The notes beneath the pieces are model-generated. The model was not told where the DNA came from and did no database searches. It was given only the letters and a program-made list of their open reading frames with translations. Position numbers and translations under genes: made by a program. Source: Thermoanaerobaculaceae bacterium (GTDB lineage Bacteria; Acidobacteriota; Thermoanaerobaculia; Thermoanaerobaculales; Thermoanaerobaculaceae). From it: a stretch of 58,096 bases of DNA. The stretch is from the NCBI GenBank assembly GCA_035403265.1, contig DAONEV010000002.1, forward strand, positions 1 through 58,096, given 5' to 3'. Below, piece after piece: positions 52,186 to 58,096 of this stretch. How positions within the stretch are numbered: position 1 is the stretch's first letter; each line of letters begins with the position of its first letter.

Positions 52186-54663
52186 TCACTGCACGACGAC
52201 GCGCACCGCGGGGGAGGTCACCCTGGAGAAGGGAACGCTGGCCTGGAAGATGTGCGCACCGGAGGCGAGCGGCCAGCGGGCGGTGTAGGGGTAGTCGGCG
52301 AGCTGCCAGGGGAGGCCGTCGACCAGCCAGAGGACCTGCTCGACCCGCGGCTCGACGGTGGCGCGCAGGGCGAGGGTGGCGAGCTTCCGTGGGGTTTCGG
52401 GGTCGCGCAGCAACCGCGTGTCCGTCTGGGGGGCGGTGATGCGAATGCGCAGGGAAGGCGCGCTCGGCTGCGCCGGCACCTCGCCGTCGAGGAGCCACAG
52501 GCCGGGCAGGGTGGGGGGTCGGGGCAGGCCGTTGCGAGCCGCCCAGTCGGCGTAGCGGGGTGGGAGCAGGGTGAAGGTGCGGGCCGCGACCATCCGAGGG
52601 GGGGTGCGCGGTGAGGCCGGGGCGCCGGTACTGGTGTCCACCGCGACCTGCAGGTGGGCATCACAGGTGTGCCGGGGCACATCGGCCGGCTTCACCCACT
52701 CGCTCATCACCTTGCCGCAGAGCGGGGAGGCGAGCTGTCCGGTGAGGGCGCACAACCGCACCTGCACGAGCCCCTGGGGGGCGGGAAACGAGAGGTCCTC
52801 GAAGCCGTCCCCGAGCTCCGGGTGGAGCGAGAGCATGACGCGTTGCGCCAGGGCGGCGGCCTGGGAGAAGCCGGTGGCGCCCTGCATCGGCCGATGGTCG
52901 GGACGCCCCATCCAGACCCCCACCAGCCATCGTCTGGACCACGCCAGCGCCCAGGCGTCGCGCTGCTCGGGGGAGGTGCCGGTCTTGACCGCGACCGGGA
53001 ACGGGTACTCGCTCCAGCTCATACGCGGGAAACTGGGAAGGCGGGCCATCGGATCTGCCAGTTGCAGGGTCACCAGGCGTGCGGTGGTCTCGGAGACGAG
53101 CCTTCGACCGGGACCGCCGGTATCACCCTCGAACCACCGGAGCGGCGCCAGGCGCCCGTCGGTCGCGAGCACGGTGGTGGCCCGCACGAGCTGCTCGAGG
53201 GTGACCGGCATCCCGCCCACCGCCATGCCGAGGCCGATGCGCCGGGCCGGCGTGGTGCCGTCGTGCAGGCCGAGGTCCCGGAAGAAGGCGTACCCCTCCT
53301 CGAGGCCCACACGCTCCAGCAGGCGCACGGCCGGGACGTTGCGGGAGTTGGCGAGGGCGACGCGCGGCAGCAGTGGCCCGAGGAAGCGGTGGTCGGCGTT
53401 GACGATGCCGCCCGGGGCACGCTGCAGGTCGTCGACAATGGTGGCCGGGGTGATCGTTCCCAGCTCGTAGCCGAGGGCGTAGAGGAACGGCTTGAGGGTG
53501 CTGCCGGGGGAGCGCGGCACGCGGGTGTAGTCGATGGCGCCCAGGTGTGCGGTGTCGGTCCACCCGGAGGAGGCCACCGCGGCCCGCACCTGGCGGTCCG
53601 GCAGCTCGACCACCATCACCGCGGCGTTGCCCACGCCCACCCACTCCCCTTGCGCCACCGCCTCGCGCACCAACGTGGAAACCTGATCCTGCAATCCGAG
53701 ATCCAGGGCGGTGGTGACGACCGGGTGGGTCGCGCGCGCGGCCCGGGCCTCGGGAGCGCCGAGCTGGCGCGCGAACCGCAGGATGGCGTGCATGGCGGCC
53801 GCGGGCCGCACCTCCCGGGTCGGCACGCGCAGCCTTCGGATGTCGAGGCAGGCTTGCTCCCACTCCACCTCGCCGATGACGCCCTGCTCGTGGAGCAGCG
53901 CCAGGATGCGCTCGCCGCGCGCGACAGCGCGCAGCCGGCCGGAGGGGTGGAAGGGGTTCATCGCAGCGGGGGCCTGGGGGATGGCCGAGAGGTAGGCGAT
54001 CTCCGCCCACGACAGGTCGTCCACCGGCTTGTCGAGATAGCGGCGGGCGGCGTAGGCGATGCCGTGCACCCGGTTGCCGTAGGGGGCGAGACGCAGGTAG
54101 TGGGCGAGCAGCGCCTGTCGGCCGTAGCGGGCGGTCAGGAAGAGCGCGGTGACCGCTTCCACGGCCTTGCGCGGCAGGTTTCGGGCACCCGGGCGCTGCA
54201 TGCGCGCCACCTGCATGGCGAGGGTGGAGGCCCCGGACACCCGTTGCCGGCGCGAGAGGTTCTGCCAGGTGGCGCGGCCCACCGCGAGCGGGTCGATGCC
54301 CGGATGCAGCCAGAAGCGGCGGTCCTCGATCGCCACGGTGGCGGCCACGACCCTGGGGGGCAGGGTTTCCAGGGGCCAGTACCCCAGCTCCGCGTCCTGC
54401 CCGTCCCCGAGCTCGCAGAGGAACGCCCCGTGCCGGTCCTCGAGCAGCAGCGTCGGCGCCGGCGCTTCGAGCCTCGCTCTGGCCGCCGCCAGCCCGATGA
54501 TCACCAGGGTGACCAGAGCCACGCCGCCGGACGACCACCACGCGATGCCGGTGCGGCCAGCCCAGAGCCGAGAGCCGAGGGTCGAGAGCGAACCGCTCCA
54601 CCCAGCCCTTGGTGGCTGGGTGGATTCGAGACGCTCGGCCCTGTCCTCAAGGCTCGTCTTCAT
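52186..54663 (-). CDS. pbpC: penicillin-binding protein 1C (transglycosylase/transpeptidase)
   Basis: TM anchor. GT51 motifs (EDRRFWLHPGIDP, GASTLAMQ). Transpeptidase motifs STLK, SRN and KTGT. PBP1C-type C-terminal domain. Adjacent to the alpha-2-macroglobulin gene. Confidence 0.88.
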   Translation of the reverse strand: MKTSLEDRAERLESTQPPRAGWSGSLSTLGSRLWAGRTGIAWWSSGGVALVTLVIIGLAAARARLEAPAPTLLLEDRHGAFLCELGDGQDAELGYWPLETLPPRVVAATVAIEDRRFWLHPGIDPLAVGRATWQNLSRRQRVSGASTLAMQVARMQRPGARNLPRKAVEAVTALFLTARYGRQALLAHYLRLAPYGNRVHGIAYAARRYLDKPVDDLSWAEIAYLSAIPQAPAAMNPFHPSGRLRAVARGERILALLHEQGVIGEVEWEQACLDIRRLRVPTREVRPAAAMHAILRFARQLGAPEARAARATHPVVTTALDLGLQDQVSTLVREAVAQGEWVGVGNAAVMVVELPDRQVRAAVASSGWTDTAHLGAIDYTRVPRSPGSTLKPFLYALGYELGTITPATIVDDLQRAPGGIVNADHRFLGPLLPRVALANSRNVPAVRLLERVGLEEGYAFFRDLGLHDGTTPARRIGLGMAVGGMPVTLEQLVRATTVLATDGRLAPLRWFEGDTGGPGRRLVSETTARLVTLQLADPMARLPSFPRMSWSEYPFPVAVKTGTSPEQRDAWALAWSRRWLVGVWMGRPDHRPMQGATGFSQAAALAQRVMLSLHPELGDGFEDLSFPAPQGLVQVRLCALTGQLASPLCGKVMSEWVKPADVPRHTCDAHLQVAVDTSTGAPASPRTPPRMVAARTFTLLPPRYADWAARNGLPRPPTLPGLWLLDGEVPAQPSAPSLRIRITAPQTDTRLLRDPETPRKLATLALRATVEPRVEQVLWLVDGLPWQLADYPYTARWPLASGAHIFQASVPFSRVTSPAVRVVVQ

Positions 54664-54691
54664 TGGCGAGCGCCGTTTCGGGCCAAGCTCC

Positions 54692-57600
54692 CTACTTTCC
54701 CGCCACGGGTCGGACGACGACGCGGGCGCCGGCGCCCTGGCCCCAGGTCGCGGCGTCGTACATCATCTCGGCACGCGCCGGGGGTTGGATGTACTCCCCG
54801 GCGACCGTCGCCCGGGTGCGGAAGTAGAAGTCGTAGGTGCCCTTGGGGAGCCAGTCGTAGTAGAACGCCACCTGGTCGTCCATGAATCCGACGTAGGTGG
54901 GCGCCAGGGTCATGGTTCCCTTCGCCCGTGCCTCCGGCGGGGCGGTGGCAAGCGCCGGGTTGAGCGGCTCGCAGCCGGCGGCCAGGGGCGTCACAACCGC
55001 CACGTAGGCGCGATCGGACGGGTTGATCACCTGCACGTGCTCCTCCACCACGTCCCCCACCGCCAGCTCGACGGTGGTGCCGGCCGTGGCGAGCGCGATC
55101 CGGTCCGGCGGCGCATCCTCCCCGCGCTGCCGCAGGAGCTCGCGGCTCACCACGAATCCGTTCGCCTGGGGCGAAACCTGGCTGCCGTCGGCGGCGGGCA
55201 CCCAGGTTGTCTCCAGCCGCGCCACCACCGGCCGCCCCGCCCCGGGCTGGAGGGTGATCTCGCCGGCCGCCGGACTGTTGACCTTGAACGTCACGAGGGG
55301 ACTGTCCGGACCAAGATCGAGCCGTCGGTCGACCCCGAACCGCACCTGCACCTGGCGCTTGGTGGCCCCGGCAAAGGGCGGCTTGAGGAGCTCCGAGAGC
55401 GCCAGCAACGCCGCCGCGTTGGCGTTCGTGGACCCCCAGCCGTCGTCGCGGCCGAGGGTGACGAGGCCGTCCACCAGGACCTGCAGTCGCGGGCTCTTGG
55501 CGTCGCTCTGGATCACTGCCCGGGTGACCTCGGCGACGGTGCGGGTCTCCGAGGGTAGGATGCGGGCGCTGCGCGCCGAGGTCCGGCCCTGCAGCCCGCC
55601 GTAGATCTCCTTCCCCTGGTGGAGCCGGGTCACGATGCCATCCCACATCCGCACAGTGAGGTCGCGGGCGGCCGGGGAGCCGGCCTCCCCCGACCGGGCG
55701 TAGGCGTGCAGCACCTCCGCTGTGGCCTCCAGGTCCAGGTACTCCGCCTTGCGCGCCAGCTCTGCCGCGTAGGCGGGCTGGGACTTGCCGGCCTGGACAA
55801 GGGCGACGAGCGCCCAGCATCGCTCGGCGAACGACTCGCCGTCGATGAAACGTGAGAAGTCGGAGCGCAGCGCCTGCTCGAGGGTGTGTGTGAGGCGGTC
55901 GAGGAGCTTGGGATCAACCGTGTACCCCGCCTCCCTGGCCTCGACGAGGAACTGCACCGTCCATGCAGTGAGGGACACGTACCCTGGGCCGCCCGGCCAG
56001 TACGCCACTAGACCCTGACCGTCGACCGCCCTGGCAATCCAGTCCAGGGTGTCGGCCACCGAGCGCTGCAGCTTCTCCTCGCCTCCGTCCTGCTCGAGCA
56101 GACCGCGCAGGCGCGCCATGGCCACCTGGGCACGGGTGCGGGAGAGGCGCTGCTCGGTGCAGCCGTAGGGGTAGTCGAGCAGGAACGACAGCCCGGCCGC
56201 CATGCGCACCAGGCCCGCCTGCTCGGAGAGCACGAGGGTGCGCCGCACGGTGCCGGGTCGGGGTTGGTCGGGGACGGCCGGCACGAGCAGGGGCTTGCCG
56301 ACTTCCAGCTCCTGCATCTGCCGCACCGCCATGCGCGCCCGGTCGGGCTGGATGGGCAGCTTGACCTCGAAGGCATCCCGGGCCCCGTCGGCGGTGCGCG
56401 CCACGGCGACCCGGAAGGTCACGTCCTGGCGGGACAGCTTGCCCCCGGCGTCGACCTCCGGTGTCGTCACAGTGACCGGGAAGTCGATGCGAAGAGGCTG
56501 GTTGGGAACCCAGGCCAGGTCGCGATTGGCGCTCCCGTCGAGGGTGACGCCGTCGACCTGCCACTCGGCTTTCCCGGGACCACCCTCGCCCTCGACGACC
56601 CGCCCGATCGCGGCGGCGGTGAAGCGGTCACCCGGCCGCACGAAGCGCGGCAGGGCCGGCTGCACGATGACCGGCAGCCGCACCGCGATCTGGGAGACGC
56701 CGACCCCGAAGCGGTCGGGGCCGGAGGCGGCCTTGGCCCGTAGCTTGAAAACCGTGAGGTTGTCCGGCAACTCCACGGTGACGGTGGTGACGCCGTCGGG
56801 CCCGACCTGGATCGCCGGGTTGTAGTACGGCACGCTCTTGAAATTGCGGCGCACCGTGGTGCGCTCGAGCAGCCCGCCCTCCTCGCCCTCGTCGCCGCCG
56901 GGCAGCTCGGCGAACGCGAGCTCGCCGAACGCCAGGTTACGGGTGTCCCGCACCGTCAGCCGTGAGCGCACCGGGTCGATGAAGTCGGGCAGGGGGTCGA
57001 GGCGCTGCTCGCGCCCCAGGGCCAGCACCGCGGCGTCGACGAGCCACAGGGTCACCTCGCCAGGGAGCGGATGGCCCTTCGGGTCGGCGAGCCTGATCGT
57101 GACCTCGACCTTGCTGCCCGGGAGCGCCCTCTCGGGGTGCGCGAGTGTCACCTCGACGCGGTTCGAGACCGCGTTGACCGCCAGCCACGTGGTGGCGGCC
57201 ATGGTCGTGGGCTTGCCAAGGTCGGCGGTCGAGCCGGCGGCCGGCGCCGAGCCCCCAACCCGCCCCCGCATGAGCACGGCGTGCACCGGCAGGCGCGGCA
57301 CGAAGGTCGGCAGCACCGGCACCTCCACCGTGGCGGCGCCACCGGACACATTGACCCAGCGGTACTGATTACCTTCCGGGGCCTCCACCACGAGCAGCGC
57401 TCGCGCCACCTGGAAGGGGCTTTGCAGGACCAACTTGGCGGTGTCGCCCGGGTCGTATGCCGGTTTGTCGGAAGCCATGGTGAAGACCGGCGTGGCGGGC
57501 TTCGGCCAGCTCACGGGCTCGGGCCCGCCTGCGTAGAGGTCCACGGACACGACCTGGGAGCGTCCCAGGCGGTCGGCGGCCTCCAGCTCGACGATGTAGA

Positions 57601-58096
57601 CGCCAGCGGTGTGGATCGTCAGGGGCACCACGATGGCCTCGGTGCCGCTCGTCACGGTGGTCTCGGAAATCTGCTCGTCCACCACGTCGGTGAGGTAGCG
57701 GGCCTGTCCCTGGGCGAAGTCGGAGGCCTGGAGCACCGAGTGCCACTGGCGGTGCTTGAGGCGCACCGTCACCGGCAGCCCGGCGAGGGGCTTGTCGTCC
57801 ACCCCCAGGACCAGCACCTGCGGCTCGATGGTCGTGGCGTTGGCGAGAAAGCGGGGTGCCAGCAGACCGAGCACGAATGGCGGTACCGCGACGACCTGCT
57901 GGACGGCGGTGACGGTCTGGTCGTCGGCGCCGGTGACGGTCGCCTCGATGACGTACGTGCGCGGCTGGGCGGTGGTCTCGGCGCCGGGGTTGAGGACGAG
58001 GGCTGCACCGCCTTCCGCGTCGGTGATGTCTTCCTGCTCGAGGCGCGGCGAGCCCTCGAACCGGTGCGCACCGGCAAAGCGCGCGTCGGAGGAGAA
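54692..58096 (-). CDS. bacterial alpha-2-macroglobulin family protein with thioester (N-terminal part outside the window)
   Basis: Thioester motif GCTEQ (CTEQ codons at 56150-56161). The frame stays open from the track start (GTG 57874) to the window edge 58096 with protein-like sequence. Followed by pbpC, as in the classic yfhM-pbpC arrangement. Confidence 0.88.
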   Translation of the reverse strand, partial: FSSDARFAGAHRFEGSPRLEQEDITDAEGGAALVLNPGAETTAQPRTYVIEATVTGADDQTVTAVQQVVAVPPFVLGLLAPRFLANATTIEPQVLVLGVDDKPLAGLPVTVRLKHRQWHSVLQASDFAQGQARYLTDVVDEQISETTVTSGTEAIVVPLTIHTAGVYIVELEAADRLGRSQVVSVDLYAGGPEPVSWPKPATPVFTMASDKPAYDPGDTAKLVLQSPFQVARALLVVEAPEGNQYRWVNVSGGAATVEVPVLPTFVPRLPVHAVLMRGRVGGSAPAAGSTADLGKPTTMAATTWLAVNAVSNRVEVTLAHPERALPGSKVEVTIRLADPKGHPLPGEVTLWLVDAAVLALGREQRLDPLPDFIDPVRSRLTVRDTRNLAFGELAFAELPGGDEGEEGGLLERTTVRRNFKSVPYYNPAIQVGPDGVTTVTVELPDNLTVFKLRAKAASGPDRFGVGVSQIAVRLPVIVQPALPRFVRPGDRFTAAAIGRVVEGEGGPGKAEWQVDGVTLDGSANRDLAWVPNQPLRIDFPVTVTTPEVDAGGKLSRQDVTFRVAVARTADGARDAFEVKLPIQPDRARMAVRQMQELEVGKPLLVPAVPDQPRPGTVRRTLVLSEQAGLVRMAAGLSFLLDYPYGCTEQRLSRTRAQVAMARLRGLLEQDGGEEKLQRSVADTLDWIARAVDGQGLVAYWPGGPGYVSLTAWTVQFLVEAREAGYTVDPKLLDRLTHTLEQALRSDFSRFIDGESFAERCWALVALVQAGKSQPAYAAELARKAEYLDLEATAEVLHAYARSGEAGSPAARDLTVRMWDGIVTRLHQGKEIYGGLQGRTSARSARILPSETRTVAEVTRAVIQSDAKSPRLQVLVDGLVTLGRDDGWGSTNANAAALLALSELLKPPFAGATKRQVQVRFGVDRRLDLGPDSPLVTFKVNSPAAGEITLQPGAGRPVVARLETTWVPAADGSQVSPQANGFVVSRELLRQRGEDAPPDRIALATAGTTVELAVGDVVEEHVQVINPSDRAYVAVVTPLAAGCEPLNPALATAPPEARAKGTMTLAPTYVGFMDDQVAFYYDWLPKGTYDFYFRTRATVAGEYIQPPARAEMMYDAATWGQGAGARVVVRPVAGK

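Noticed and set aside
1-58096. Search for CRISPR arrays, tRNA/rRNA genes, IS elements, integrases and prophage modules
   Set aside because: No regularly spaced direct repeats, no cloverleaf-like conserved tRNA stretches in the few intergenic gaps, and no transposase, integrase or recombinase motifs in any accepted or rejected ORF. This was assessed by eye only, so short ncRNAs cannot be excluded.

Overview
GC-rich bacterial chromosomal fragment (about two-thirds G+C by eye, not computed). TonB receptors with a carboxypeptidase-regulatory domain and many secreted CAZymes recall Acidobacteriota-like genomes, but taxonomy cannot be settled from this window. The GC content gives almost every real gene long antisense or shadow ORFs. 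I accepted one ORF per locus, using family motifs recognised by eye, start context (GGAG-type SD, ATGA or 4-nt overlaps) and neighbourhood logic. No database or HMM search was run.

Layout:
- (i) 2-5544: a 5'-truncated unknown protein, then an ABC-2 exporter with two ATPases and two permeases.
- (ii) 5694-31767: a ~26 kb pectin/hexuronate regulon. It holds GH28, kduI, a DUF4861-like gene, a TonB receptor, a GH105-PL1 fusion, kduD, uxaC, two FadR-type regulators, kdgK, eda, a pectinesterase, gnd, an esterase, exuT, a UxaE-like epimerase, an SDR, a LarA-family enzyme and a second KdgK-like kinase. GTGGT-N2/3-ACCAC palindromes recur in its AT-richer intergenic islands.
- (iii) 31913-37627: housekeeping genes (rsmE, an ABC-F ATPase, an RNA m5U methyltransferase, a DEAD-box helicase).
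- (iv) 37739-50467: an accessory-looking block. It holds an SPFH + RHH pair, a truncated secreted-protein gene, a secreted GVxG-repeat protein with a tail-fibre-like C-terminus, a 1184-aa Zn-ribbon/STAND/TPR protein, a macro-domain protein, an ECF sigma factor with an anti-sigma/VIT/vWA fusion, and a DksA-Zn-finger/PP2C gene carrying a +1 frameshift.
- (v) 50642-58096: an S41 peptidase, PBP1C and a thioester alpha-2-macroglobulin that runs off the window.

I recognised no rRNA, tRNA, CRISPR array, transposase or integrase.

The strongest candidate for something undescribed is the LarA-family (nickel-pincer) epimerase. It is translationally coupled to a second PfkB kinase and co-localised with UxaE, an SDR and gnd. 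The locus lacks uxuA, uxaA and uxaB. This suggests a mannonate<->gluconate shunt from hexuronates into 6-phosphogluconate.
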